From IMG/VR virus record IMGVR_UViG_3300043429_000427: a DNA stretch of 64,000 nucleotides, one strand, 5' to 3'. The DNA comes from a virus. The first letter of the stretch is position 1. Each line of letters starts with the position of its first letter. This document shows positions 50,918 to 61,962 of the stretch, piece after piece. The notes below the pieces were generated by a model. The model did not search any database and was not told where the DNA came from. It saw nothing but the letters and a program-made list of their open reading frames with translations. A program made the translations under genes and the position numbers.

Positions 50918-51014
50918 AACTTTTTTTGTTTATTTCTTTGATGTCAATCTACCATATATTACACCCACTAAAAATACAGATACTATCGTACCTATCATTA
51001 CTAACTCTACCATA

Positions 51015-51584
51015 TTATTTCATATAATCTCTACCAGGTTTGTCACCGTCTTTATACTTCGCAAAGAATGTCATAGTCATTCTACCATCTTCAATATCTT
51101 CACCAAACGGATTGGTTGCGGAATGTAGTATATTGGATGGATAGAAAGCACACGTATTATATATATTTTCTATATCCAATATAATTTTACCAGGCTCACT
51201 ATAAAATGTTGTACCACTATTAGGTTCTGGATTTGGATGTAAGTATATTATACCAGCCCAATCAAAATAATCACTATCCTTATGAAAAAATGTATCCGAA
51301 TAATTTTTTCCATCACTCACCCAATTTGTGTCAGAAAGTATATGGAAAACCCAAAGTATATCCAATGGTTTTAAATTGGGTATTCGTTCTCGCATCCGTT
51401 GGTAAATATATTCATCAATATTCAACCCACCAATAGTACCAGCTAAATCCGATGTACGCAACCCACGCCAATAATCACCATTTTCTAATTTGGGTGTATG
51501 GTATTCCATTGCTAACCCACATTCACGAATCTTATCAGCGTTTGGAAAGAAATCTTTTACTTCATGTATTTCTCCACATTGCAT
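51015..51584 (-). CDS. 2OG-Fe(II) oxygenase
   Basis: WRGLRT, HKD, WAGIIYL, SGTTFY, YN..HSA, RMT. Confidence 0.75.
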   Translation of the reverse strand: MQCGEIHEVKDFFPNADKIRECGLAMEYHTPKLENGDYWRGLRTSDLAGTIGGLNIDEYIYQRMRERIPNLKPLDILWVFHILSDTNWVSDGKNYSDTFFHKDSDYFDWAGIIYLHPNPEPNSGTTFYSEPGKIILDIENIYNTCAFYPSNILHSATNPFGEDIEDGRMTMTFFAKYKDGDKPGRDYMK

Positions 51585-51593
51585 ACTTTAATT

Positions 51594-52085
51594 CTATTTT
51601 TTTGATTTTGCCCTAATAGCAGTTCCACTAATCTCTGCTATATCGGTAGGTGGTTCGTGATATATTACATCATATCCTACACCTCTACCATAGTTTACCG
51701 AATCAATATCAGGTATGATTGAAATATATAACCTACCTGTCTTTATGTAATCTTTTAATTGTAAATTTAGATTAGTCTTTACCTCTTCGGCTGAATATGG
51801 ATTGTTCTCATCCTTTGGTACATCTCTAATAGCTACCCATACATTGTTACCTTTTTCAAATTGTTGGTCAATCAACCATTTATGGCCATCATGCCAATTC
51901 TGCCACCTACCTATAAACAAACTATATTTTAGTTTTGTTTTTGGGGTGCAATAATACGATGTGGTAGGTCCTTTTGGGAACTCCACTACATAATCATCAC
52001 CAATTGGTTCAAATTGTCTGAAAGGTTTGTGCTCCTTCTCAAACTCATCCAAACGATTGTTTGCATCATCTAAATCAAATGCCAT
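51594..52085 (-). CDS. Cytidylyltransferase-like (HxGH) nucleotidyltransferase
   Basis: FIGRWQNWHDGH, NPY, ISGTAIR. Confidence 0.75.
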   Translation of the reverse strand: MAFDLDDANNRLDEFEKEHKPFRQFEPIGDDYVVEFPKGPTTSYYCTPKTKLKYSLFIGRWQNWHDGHKWLIDQQFEKGNNVWVAIRDVPKDENNPYSAEEVKTNLNLQLKDYIKTGRLYISIIPDIDSVNYGRGVGYDVIYHEPPTDIAEISGTAIRAKSKK

Positions 52086-52596
52086 AGCTATTCACTTAAA
52101 TACTCTTTTTTGAATTTTACTTCGTCAGATATATACATTCTATATTCTTTTAAATGATTTTCTAATATACACAAATCGCATACTAATGACATACTTCCAT
52201 CTGGCTCCATATGTACGAAATCCAAATCATTTAATTTTTGAAAAAATGTTTTAGTAGATTCAATAGCATTTGGGTCTATCTCATCAAAATTTTCGCTATT
52301 AATAGCTGCTACAAATTGTTTAAATGTGTACTTTTTATTCATTGTTTTCATCTCCAAAAGATTTTGGTATATTCAATTGCTCAAAAATATGCTCTGTTTC
52401 TTCCGTTCTTTCTAAATGGTGCATTACATAATCAGTATCACCGACCATACCAAAGTTAGGGTCTTCTGCCAATTCTTTAATTAGGTTATCCACATCATCT
52501 TGTGTAGGTGAACCTTCCCAAACACAAATGTGCTTTACCAAAACTTTGTTTTCTTCTTCTTGCTTTACCGCAAGAGTTGCGTATTTAATTTCCATT

Positions 52597-53043
52597 TTAT
52601 ATATTTATGTATTTTCTTCTAATCCTACCTGCACCTTTATATCCTTTCTTATACCTAGGTTCATCTAAACTACTAATCTTAACACCGTCTGCTCTATTGG
52701 CTGCATGTACTATTTGATTATTACCTATATATGTACCACAATGCCACCCGCTGGGCGATATTTTACTTTTAAAGAATACTAAGTCACCCAACTCCAAACT
52801 ATCTCTATCAATCCTATCGGTTTGTATCCATTGTGTTTGGCAATTGTTACCCAACTTAATCTCAAATACCTCTTTGTATAGGCGTTTGTTGAATTGTGAG
52901 CAATCTATACCTCTTTCGGTACTACCACCCAATCTATACGGCTTACCTACCCAATACCATATAAACTTATTCATAGTTGAATCAGTTGTTTGTGCAAAGG
53001 TAGGAAAACTTAATAATACAAATATACTAATTTTTTTCATCAT
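52597..53043 (-). CDS. NlpC/P60 peptidase
   Basis: GKPYRLGG..GIDCS, GDLVFF, HCGTY..HA. Confidence 0.88.
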   Translation of the reverse strand: MMKKISIFVLLSFPTFAQTTDSTMNKFIWYWVGKPYRLGGSTERGIDCSQFNKRLYKEVFEIKLGNNCQTQWIQTDRIDRDSLELGDLVFFKSKISPSGWHCGTYIGNNQIVHAANRADGVKISSLDEPRYKKGYKGAGRIRRKYINI

Positions 53044-53660
53044 TCACAAATAAATCTTACTTTTCTTTCTAACGAATCCTTTTCAATCCTTACAAATAAT
53101 TGGGATGTTGGGATTTCTTTACTAATATGACATACAGCAGTAATTGTTATAGTATCACCTCGCATTGGATATATTGGTGCAAATATGGTATTAACACTAC
53201 CGGTTGTTGACGATGAATAAGATGAACCATTTACCGTTGGGATTATCGCACCATATTGTGCTTTTATAGTACCCAACTCAACCGTTGTAAGTTTACCTGT
53301 AAATTGATTAAAGAAAGTTTTATATACAACAAATAGCGATGAATTACTATTCAATACCCAATAGTGTGAACTTTTCCACTCAACCCACATATCCACAGGC
53401 GATGGGCGAGGATTTGGTTTACCATTCCACAAAAATCTACCAGTAATACGGCTAAATGTTTGAAATGATTTTTCCGATAATTTTAAATGATAAAATCCAG
53501 CCGCATCCTTTGGTAAACTTCTAGTACCATATTCATTCATAGCCGAATCAATCTCAAATGTGAAATTGTATGGTGGTGGTTTGGGTATTATATATTCCGG
53601 CTCTTTTACGCAAGATATAACTCCTAATAAAATTGGTAAAAATATCAGTAACTTTTTCAT
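53040..53660 (-). CDS. Putative lipoprotein
   Basis: Signal peptide with VISC lipobox. Confidence 0.55.
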   Translation of the reverse strand: MKKLLIFLPILLGVISCVKEPEYIIPKPPPYNFTFEIDSAMNEYGTRSLPKDAAGFYHLKLSEKSFQTFSRITGRFLWNGKPNPRPSPVDMWVEWKSSHYWVLNSNSSLFVVYKTFFNQFTGKLTTVELGTIKAQYGAIIPTVNGSSYSSSTTGSVNTIFAPIYPMRGDTITITAVCHISKEIPTSQLFVRIEKDSLERKVRFICE

Positions 53661-54004
53661 CTTTCGTTTACAAAATCATCTAGCATCTCCTTAATTGCTT
53701 TTATCATATTATCACTACTCTCCAACGCTTTCTTTTTTATACCCAAATCTTTTTGTTTAATTCTACCAGTATCAAGAGGTTGATAAATTGATGTATTATA
53801 AACTGGTGTTTTATCGTTTGGCCATTTTGGGTCTACATCATTTCTTTTAGTTCTATTTATAATAATTCCAATATCTATATTTTGAAATGAAATAGCGTAA
53901 CCTACAAATATTCTATATACATCTTGATATTCAAGTATATCATGTATTCGTAGTTTATCATCTTGATAACCAACCAGCTTGTCAATGTTATTTATGGTTA
54001 GCAT
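53657..54004 (-). CDS. LTIxN-family paralogue
   Basis: Start revised to MLTINNIDKLVG (ATG at 54004). Confidence 0.7.
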   Translation of the reverse strand: MLTINNIDKLVGYQDDKLRIHDILEYQDVYRIFVGYAISFQNIDIGIIINRTKRNDVDPKWPNDKTPVYNTSIYQPLDTGRIKQKDLGIKKKALESSDNMIKAIKEMLDDFVNER

Positions 54005-54330
54005 TTTATACCATTTACTATACCCTGAATCAATTTTAATAAATCCCATTCTGTTTTTAAGTCAGATGGTTCTAAAAATAATTCTTCAACGGATTCCCAA
54101 TTGTTTCCAGAATACCATAATTTTGTTTCTAAATGATACCCATGCCCATCAACTTTATTCCTATTAAGTGAAACTTCTACATATGGAATTGATTTTTGTT
54201 TATTTTGAAAAATAATAAAATATACATCTTCAAGTGTATCTGCACTATCAATAAACCAATCGCCAAAATCAAATAGTTGAATATTTAACGGGTCATATAC
54301 TTTATTAAAATTTTGTATCGTTAGTTTCAT
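53998..54330 (-). CDS. LTIxN-family paralogue
   Basis: Starts MKLTIQNFNKV. Confidence 0.7.
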   Translation of the reverse strand: MKLTIQNFNKVYDPLNIQLFDFGDWFIDSADTLEDVYFIIFQNKQKSIPYVEVSLNRNKVDGHGYHLETKLWYSGNNWESVEELFLEPSDLKTEWDLLKLIQGIVNGIKC

Positions 54331-54916
54331 ACATTTCTAAAATATAATTTATCACCACTCGCCTATTTGTAATTTTTGGTGGTGATGATGTGTGTATTTG
54401 TTTTGAATTAAACACAATGCCTGTACCAAATGATGGTGTTTCTCTATGTATTTCGGTTAGTTTTTCTATATTATGTGGGTTTCCATCTAGCTCTTCATCA
54501 AATATAATAGTATCACCATCGGCATCATTCACATAATATAAAAATGTAACTATATTTTTACCATAATAATCAACATGCGGTCCATGATAAAAACCATCCG
54601 GATAATTTTCATCTTTGGTGATTAAATTGGCTTTTATACGAATCAATCTCTTTACTTTACCTATATGTGGTTCTAAATGAGAAATCATTTCCGAAAAAAA
54701 GTGATAATATTCACTTTGTGGTTTCTCATTCATAAAAATGGTATGTGTAAATTGGGGGCTGTCTTTTGTTTTAGAATCAATTACAGCGCCCAATTCATAT
54801 TCATATATGGTAGCTTCATTCCAAAACCAAGCAAAATCACTACTCAATGTTAGTTGCGATAATATATCCGCATATTCTTTATCTATTTCTATTCTTTTTA
54901 CCATAATAGTTTTCAA
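54305..54916 (-). CDS. 2OG-Fe(II) oxygenase
   Basis: RIKANL, PHVD, FLYYVNDADGDT, HTSSPP..RRVVIN. Confidence 0.78.
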   Translation of the reverse strand: MKTIMVKRIEIDKEYADILSQLTLSSDFAWFWNEATIYEYELGAVIDSKTKDSPQFTHTIFMNEKPQSEYYHFFSEMISHLEPHIGKVKRLIRIKANLITKDENYPDGFYHGPHVDYYGKNIVTFLYYVNDADGDTIIFDEELDGNPHNIEKLTEIHRETPSFGTGIVFNSKQIHTSSPPKITNRRVVINYILEMYETNDTKF

Positions 54917-55199
54917 ATAGTTCTACAAATCCATTAAGTGTAAACAACATATCTTCGGTTGTTTGAATTTGATTTAGTAAAAATTGTCCTCTATCTTTAT
55001 GCTTTCCATAATTAAATTCAACCTCAAACAAACCATTATGTTGGTTTCTGTAAATCATTAGGTTTCCACCTTTTAGTTTGTGATTAAATAGAATTTTGTA
55101 AGTACCATCCAATATCAATACATGTGTTATTACTGAACCTTCTTCGGTTCTTCTACCTATTAGATTCTCAATTGTTTGGATTGTTAATTTTTTGCTCAT
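54879..55199 (-). CDS. LTIxN-family paralogue
   Basis: Starts MSKKLTIQTIENLIG. Confidence 0.6.
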   Translation of the reverse strand: MSKKLTIQTIENLIGRRTEEGSVITHVLILDGTYKILFNHKLKGGNLMIYRNQHNGLFEVEFNYGKHKDRGQFLLNQIQTTEDMLFTLNGFVELFENYYGKKNRNR

Positions 55200-55567
55200 T
55201 TTGTTTTCTTTTATGTTCTAACTCTTCTATTAAACCTTTAACAACTCTATTTGTATTTCTAACATATAGGTATATCAGCCAAACCGAAATACCAACCGAC
55301 AATAAATCAATCATAAATTTCATATTACATATCATCAAATAGCCAGAACATAATCCTAACCATTATTATTAAAATTAAAATAAAAATTGAAATGATTATA
55401 TACATAGGATACCCCCTACATAAATATCATCTACTCATCCTCACCAAACAAATCATTACCTTTATAATTCGGGTGGTTTTTGTTCATATGGTCAAATCCC
55501 TTTACCCATAACCAACAAATTGGCGTACACAATGCAAAAATAATTCCAAATACTATTAGTTGTCCTA

Positions 55568-55903
55568 TCATTTCCAAAAAATTTGAATTATTACTACACA
55601 CAATGCTAAAGCAATACAAACTCCCGTTTTTATTGTTAGGGGTTCTCTAAAAATAATCCAACTCATAAGAGAGAAGATTACTATACCAGCTGCCTGTCCA
55701 ATCAATCGACCAGGCCAAGTTGCGCCGGTTGCTTCGTTGATTAACCTAGTTGAATTTATGAATAAATAACCAATTGGTAATCCACATAAAGCCATTAGCA
55801 TCGGATGTTCTTTTGCCCATTGCCATTTACCCTGACTCTGTAATTGTAGGAATGAGATGATTTGAGCAATAATAATCAAGCCTAATCCGTTTATAATTTT
55901 CAT
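55568..55903 (-). CDS. Small 4-TM membrane protein (DMT/SMR-like)
   Basis: Four hydrophobic helices; FREPLTIK. Confidence 0.55.
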   Translation of the reverse strand: MKIINGLGLIIIAQIISFLQLQSQGKWQWAKEHPMLMALCGLPIGYLFINSTRLINEATGATWPGRLIGQAAGIVIFSLMSWIIFREPLTIKTGVCIALALCVVIIQIFWK

Positions 55904-56168
55904 ATGTTTATAATTTATGTTTAACTAAAAAAATCTATTGAACCTCTGCTTCTCCTTTTTAGGTTTCTTTTTCCTTGGTGTAAATTCTGCATATTTAGAT
56001 TTGATTTCCACCGAAACTGGTCCATTGGTAAACTTGGAATAATCATATTTCCAAGTGATAATCTCGCGTTCATCTTCAAACACCATTTCAAACTTTCTTG
56101 GTGTTTCGGGTTCTTTATTTATCTTTGCCATGTAACAAATATACAAAATTTATAGCAAAAAGCCAAAT

Positions 56169-56198
56169 AAAAAAGGTACTATTTCTAGTACCTTTTTC
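56169..56198 (-). terminator. Intrinsic terminator
   Basis: AAAAAGGTACTA/TAGTACCTTTTT. Confidence 0.75.
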
Positions 56199-56450
56199 TT
56201 ACATATTCATCCACTTTAATTTCTTTTTATAGATGAACCTTTTAATCTTTTCCTCGTTTAGTGGTATCTCAAATTTATCAGTTGGTTTGATAAACGGAAT
56301 TGATAGTGGTACAGTTGCCTGCTGATTATATAGTGTTTTTGATTTACCCAATTTATCAAAATAAGTTAATTTGGTACTATCTACACTTTGGCCAACTGAA
56401 CTAATTGATACCAACAATAAAATACATAACTTTTTCATAACCATTTATTT

Positions 56451-56873
56451 TTATTTACCTGTACTACCAAATCCTCCCTTACCTCTACTACTCTCCGTTA
56501 ATTCATCTACCTCTACAAACTGAACAACTGGATGTGGTACAATTACTATTTGCATTATCCTATCTCCCACTTTGTAAAACTCATCATTAACTCCATTCTT
56601 ATTGAATGTTGCTTGGATTTCACCCCTATATCCAGCATCAATCACGCCAACCGAATTAGATAATTCTAAACCCGTATTGCGAATTGATGAACGAGGAAAT
56701 ATCAGACCAACCATGCCATCAGGTATTTCCATTGCCAATCCCGTCCCATATGATATTTGGGTATCGGTTTCGTTAATAATTTCAGTTGCTACCAAATCCA
56801 TCCCTGCATCATTCTCTTTTGCATATTTTGGTTTAACTGCGTTTGGATGTAACTTCTTAATTTTTACTTTCAT
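56451..56873 (-). CDS. dut: dUTPase (trimeric)
   Basis: AGMDL, PRSS, GVIDAGYRGEI, GDRIMQ, RGKGGFGSTG. Confidence 0.95.
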   Translation of the reverse strand: MKVKIKKLHPNAVKPKYAKENDAGMDLVATEIINETDTQISYGTGLAMEIPDGMVGLIFPRSSIRNTGLELSNSVGVIDAGYRGEIQATFNKNGVNDEFYKVGDRIMQIVIVPHPVVQFVEVDELTESSRGKGGFGSTGK

Positions 56874-57373
56874 ATGCCTAAACTTCTTGTATTGTTTATT
56901 TCTTTAATATAATATACTTCTACTATATCTTTATCCATTATATCAACCCATCTACATGCTTTAAAGTAGGTTGTATCACCCTCTCTAATTTCATATACCG
57001 CATCCATATAGGTACGAACCTTTGCACCTTTGTGTACCGTATATTCTATATCATTTATTGTTATAATCTGATTCATACATCATAGGGCTATACATACACT
57101 ACACTTTATACCATCTTCACTCTCAAATAACCAATCAGTTGCAACATATTCATTTTCGTCAGATTGAACATCATATTCTTTAACAAATCTAAATCTACGA
57201 AATCCTCCAGTAGTTGGATTATCAATAAAGAATTGTTGCTTTTGGTTTGGGAATGCCTCTGGGTGTATAGTACCACCTGGCATTACGCAATCTAAATTCC
57301 ACGCTTCCGCAAAAAATGTATTTGCATCCTTATTCCATTGGAATTGGTGTATGTTGTAATGGTATTCCATAAC

Positions 57374-57652
57374 TTATTGGTTTTCTATATCTCTACAAAC
57401 TGATATAAACTTTTCTAATATCTCTGCTGTTTTAATCTTATGATGTCCATTATCCAATAATTCAACTATCCATCCACCATTTACTTCTACCTCATCATTC
57501 GCACATGATAATAGACAAATAGCAGCGTACTTACCCTCATCTTGCAATAAATCCAATGAGTAATAGTAATAAGCAGGACCACCTGCTTCTTCTTCTGTTA
57601 CCAAGTTTTTCTCAAAACCTAATGATAATAATAATTCTTCTGTAATTTCCAT
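57374..57652 (-). CDS. Hypothetical protein
   Basis: ITEELLLSLGFEK; resembles 28351..28677. Confidence 0.5.
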   Translation of the reverse strand: MEITEELLLSLGFEKNLVTEEEAGGPAYYYYSLDLLQDEGKYAAICLLSCANDEVEVNGGWIVELLDNGHHKIKTAEILEKFISVCRDIENQ

Positions 57653-58818
57653 TTTATTGTGCTTTACGGATATTCATTTTTGTGTTTTTCACTTTTGCTT
57701 TAAATGATTGGTTGGTGTTCATTGTAGATTTAGCATTACTCTTACCACCACTTGCTTTTGCCTTATTGGTAAGTAAAACATCACCAATTAGTTTTAGGTT
57801 TGCCTTTCTATCAATTGGCTGTCCTACATTTGATTTACCTTCGTTTAAGTTTTCCATAGTTATTTGATTTTGTGTTTTCTCATAAAATTCAAAACCTCAC
57901 TTTCCTTAAACACAGTGGCTTCTGGTCCGTATTTTGCTATCCATTCTTGTGCTACTTTTCCTTTGAAAGTTTGTTCTTCAATCCTTTCGCGAGAATGTAA
58001 CAAATAAAATATCTTATGTTCGAAATTGGCTACATCTTGCTCACTATGCGTTACATCCGTACCATACTCTTTCATATATTCACTTAATATATCTTCTAAA
58101 TCTATACCGTTCTTTTCTTCCATATAATTATATAATTGTTTCTTCAAAAACTACATCTTCAACTTGCTCTAAAAAATACATTTGGTTTTGTTGCCTTAAT
58201 ACCAAATTACAACCCAACGAATCTTTTATGCCATTATGGTCCTTAACCTTTTCAGCGGGATATATTGCTCTGATAATGTATAAATTATCTTGGTATTTCA
58301 TAAAATCTTTCCGTAATGGGTTCTTTGTCATTTTCTTTTGGATAACCGAGTTGATAATCTACATTTAATTTATGTCCCCAATTGTAAGGATTAAAATTCA
58401 AATTGAGCGTGATTGTACTAACCCCATCTTCTTCAACGGAATCATATAAATCACTAACTGCTTTGATTATTAGCTCTCGCTTTTGGAGTTTCGTAACTTC
58501 TTGCCATTTCATAACCTATTCTTCTAAATTTTGCTCTGCAATCCAAGCACTATCTCTTTCAGATACTTGTTGCATCACTTTATTTTCTAACCTATAATAT
58601 TCATAAGAAACAGAATCCAATTTGAATTTCATTTCAGAATATCTTTCTGCTTTAGCGGTTTCCTTTTGAGTATAGCGAGTATAGCTTACTGTTGCTATAA
58701 ATAAAAGAAGAGAAGATAAGAATATTTGTGTATTGTTATCTATTAAAAATTGTGTAACTTTTGTTAAAATGTTTTTCATAAAAATGGTGGGTTAAAATTC
58801 ACCAATAAATATACACTT

Positions 58819-59238
58819 TTACAATAATTTTTTAATAGATTTTGAGTATCTTCTACTACCACTATAATATTTGTCCAAGTACCTAAAATAATCATTTTTA
58901 CTACGGATTTTACCTATAAAAATGTCCTGAAAGTATTTGTAATCAATCACACTTTCTTGCCACGATAAGTATTTTGCGTAACCAAATTGCTTACCGATTG
59001 CCGTTGTATATCTACTTCGTGCAACTCTCATTCCAAACATATTATTGTTGTATAGGAATAACTTTGAACGGAAACTACCAGTCTCCCAAACGGCTTGTGC
59101 CCATACTATTTCTGGGTATTTTACACCCACACTATCCATGTACTTTAATACTACTTCTTTTTCTATTTTAGATTTTATAACGATTGGTTTAGCTAATACT
59201 GTGTTTACTATTAAAATTAAACATATCAATAATCTCAT
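58819..59238 (-). CDS. Glucosaminidase (GH73-like) cell-wall hydrolase
   Basis: AQAVWETG..S..NNMFGM..YAKY..WQESV.DY. Confidence 0.8.
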   Translation of the reverse strand: MRLLICLILIVNTVLAKPIVIKSKIEKEVVLKYMDSVGVKYPEIVWAQAVWETGSFRSKLFLYNNNMFGMRVARSRYTTAIGKQFGYAKYLSWQESVIDYKYFQDIFIGKIRSKNDYFRYLDKYYSGSRRYSKSIKKLL

Positions 59239-59530
59239 ATTTTCCTTTGTTTGGTGATAGAATTACGGATGATTTCATTCTTGTCTACTCTCTTTCCGTT
59301 TTTATATACACGCAACTCTTGTGAGCCATCTGCATGTGTTATGATGAAACTATGTATTTCATCATCCTTTTTGAATAACCGCTTTAACCAATTAAAAAAT
59401 TTCATTTGATTTAAAGTTTTACAAATATAACGAATTTTATTTTTTTCACCAAATGATTTTGGTGATTTATTTGGGGGATGGTTTGACCCGTATGATAATA
59501 AGTATAATAAATTTTACAAAAACCTACACC

Positions 59531-60211
59531 TTAAAGTGTAGGATTTGTATTATAGAAAGTATCTGTATCACTATCCCAACAAATTATCGGATTTTTTATC
59601 TGATATTTTTCATCCAACAAAGATGCGTTGATTGATGTGGTACTAAATGCTTCATCATATAGCTTACCACCATCCTCGTGAATATGCCCAAATACGTGGA
59701 TTGCTGGTTTTACCAATTGAACTTTTTGCTTTAACATTTCACATCCACACGATGTATGTGTGTATTTGGTAAAATCAAATCTACCAAATGGTGGCCCATG
59801 TGTAATTAGAATATCAGTATCTTCTGGTATTAAATTAACCTTTGTACCTATAACACCGCCTCTCGGTAACATAAACGCCCAATTACCAAACAATGGTGTC
59901 CAAGGTGAACCCCATATCTTCCATCCATTTAACTCAATTCCACTATCATTAAGATATGTTATATCCTTATCTTTTAATAGTTCATGTACGAGTTCTTGGT
60001 TTTCTAATCCAAAGTCGTGATTACCTGCTATAAAAATTTTGTGTTTATAGGGTAAACCACTAAACCACTCTACGAAATCCCGCAACTCATCCGGCTTGCC
60101 TACATTACTAACATCGCCAGCATGAATTATACAATCACCATCTGGAAATTGATATAGTTTTTCTATCTCACGATGTAAACCGTGAGTATCTGATATAAAT
60201 ACAAATTCCAT
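59531..60211 (-). CDS. Metallophosphoesterase (MPPED-like)
   Basis: ISDTH, HAGD, AGNHD, THGPP, FGHIHE. Confidence 0.88.
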   Translation of the reverse strand: MEFVFISDTHGLHREIEKLYQFPDGDCIIHAGDVSNVGKPDELRDFVEWFSGLPYKHKIFIAGNHDFGLENQELVHELLKDKDITYLNDSGIELNGWKIWGSPWTPLFGNWAFMLPRGGVIGTKVNLIPEDTDILITHGPPFGRFDFTKYTHTSCGCEMLKQKVQLVKPAIHVFGHIHEDGGKLYDEAFSTTSINASLLDEKYQIKNPIICWDSDTDTFYNTNPTL

Positions 60212-60605
60212 TTGATTAGATTTTTAGGTCTTTACACTCTTGCACAATATCTTGCTCATTAGCGTAAATCTCTTTTACTTTGTCCAATGCTTCATTCCAA
60301 GCAGCTTCTGCAACTTTGGTAGCATCTTCTACCTTAATATATTTTGAACTAACTCCCTTTGAATCTTTAAGACTTAAAAAGGATGTACCATATAATTTAC
60401 TTTCCCACATCATTACCGTTGATTTTTTGGATATAAGTATTATCCTGAATCATTTTATACAAAATAATAAGCTGGTCTTTTGATAAATTACCTGTTTTTT
60501 CTAAATGATTTTCACAGGAATATACAAAGCCCAGCTTATATTCGTATTCTTTCTTAAGTCTATTTATGATATTTCTATCTCTGTAACCTTTTTTGTTTCT
60601 CACTC

Positions 60606-61061
60606 TTACTTACCTAATTTATATGACAAACCTAAACCTAATGAGAAATCACTTCCTACTAAATTACCGATTGTCCATAAACGAAGGTCTCCATTTGCTT
60701 TCAATGGATTGTAAGCTAAAAATACATTTGGTTTGTTTCCAGCAGATGTTGGTTGAATACCAGCACCAAACATCCATTTGTTCTCAACTACCTGGCGTAA
60801 AACACCATACTTTAATTGTGAAGATAGTGTACCATTTTGTGTATTGATTCCTGGTACCGCAATCCCACCACCAGCATTAGCAGCTTGAACTTCTGTGTAA
60901 GGTAATCCAGCATAGATACCCCATCCTTTTTTGATATATCCCGCAGTAATATATCCATCAGTTGGTCCACCTTTGCGTGTAGCTGAAACGAACCACTCTT
61001 GTGCGTTAGCCATAGTGTTTAATCCTAACACCATTGCCATAAGTAATAATAATTTTTTCAT
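60606..61061 (-). CDS. Outer-membrane beta-barrel-like protein
   Basis: Start revised to MKKLLLL; signal peptide ..ANAQ; Gly/aromatic strands; ends LGLGLSYKL. Confidence 0.55.
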   Translation of the reverse strand: MKKLLLLMAMVLGLNTMANAQEWFVSATRKGGPTDGYITAGYIKKGWGIYAGLPYTEVQAANAGGGIAVPGINTQNGTLSSQLKYGVLRQVVENKWMFGAGIQPTSAGNKPNVFLAYNPLKANGDLRLWTIGNLVGSDFSLGLGLSYKLGK

Positions 61062-61470
61062 AATCTGTTTTTTTGTTCTACTATAAGTATATAGTTTTTT
61101 AGAAAAAAACAAATCTATTCAAGTTCAGACATATACTCCAAAAATGGATTAGTGTTGATAACTCTCGTATTAGATTTGACTTCTCTATCCACCAATGCTT
61201 TTTTATCAATCAAAGGTTTTACTTCCTTAAATTTCAATTTAGATACCATCTCAACTACACATACCCAATTATAAAACTTTCGTCCTAATACATTTACAGA
61301 TTTAACTCTATACTCCATTGCATAACTAATGTAGCCGGATGCGGAATGTGATGCACGATAGCGTTTTCGTGAATTTTCGTAGTAATAAAATGTTTTCATA
61401 ACTTTTAGATTTTAAGTTTTACAAATATAACTAATTAAACTGATTTTTACAAATAATTAAAGGTAAATTT

Positions 61471-61962
61471 TTAGAACAATCTACTCAATCCTTTGGTGTT
61501 TGCTCTTTTCAATTGAATATCCATTTCGGATTTGGTAGTTGTTTCTTTAACTTTTTTCTTATACCACCAATACAAATCTTCAATAGTTTTGAAATCTCGT
61601 TTGAGTTCCATTGCCTTATCCCACAAATCCTTACCAAACTCTTTCTTCAATTCACCCTGCAGCTTCCATAAGATTTTATTCTCATTGACAAATGCTTCTA
61701 ACTCTAATTTGACTGCTTTAATTCGTTTCATTCTACCAGCTTCCATAGCAACCTCATTACGATTTTTGTCATCCGTACCCCTATAATTCTTATAAGCATT
61801 CTCACTAGCCAACTTGGCGGATTCCCTAGTATCCCTAGCTTCATCAAACATATAAGAATAACCAAAGTCACCATTTCGTATCTTCAATAATAGAGGAGCA
61901 TCCTCTCTTAAAGGTTTGTTGGGTCTACCTTTGGTAAACCATCTATATTTGTTGTATCCCAT
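61471..61962 (-). CDS. Hypothetical protein
   Basis: 163 aa basic ORF. Confidence 0.5.
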   Translation of the reverse strand: MGYNKYRWFTKGRPNKPLREDAPLLLKIRNGDFGYSYMFDEARDTRESAKLASENAYKNYRGTDDKNRNEVAMEAGRMKRIKAVKLELEAFVNENKILWKLQGELKKEFGKDLWDKAMELKRDFKTIEDLYWWYKKKVKETTTKSEMDIQLKRANTKGLSRLF

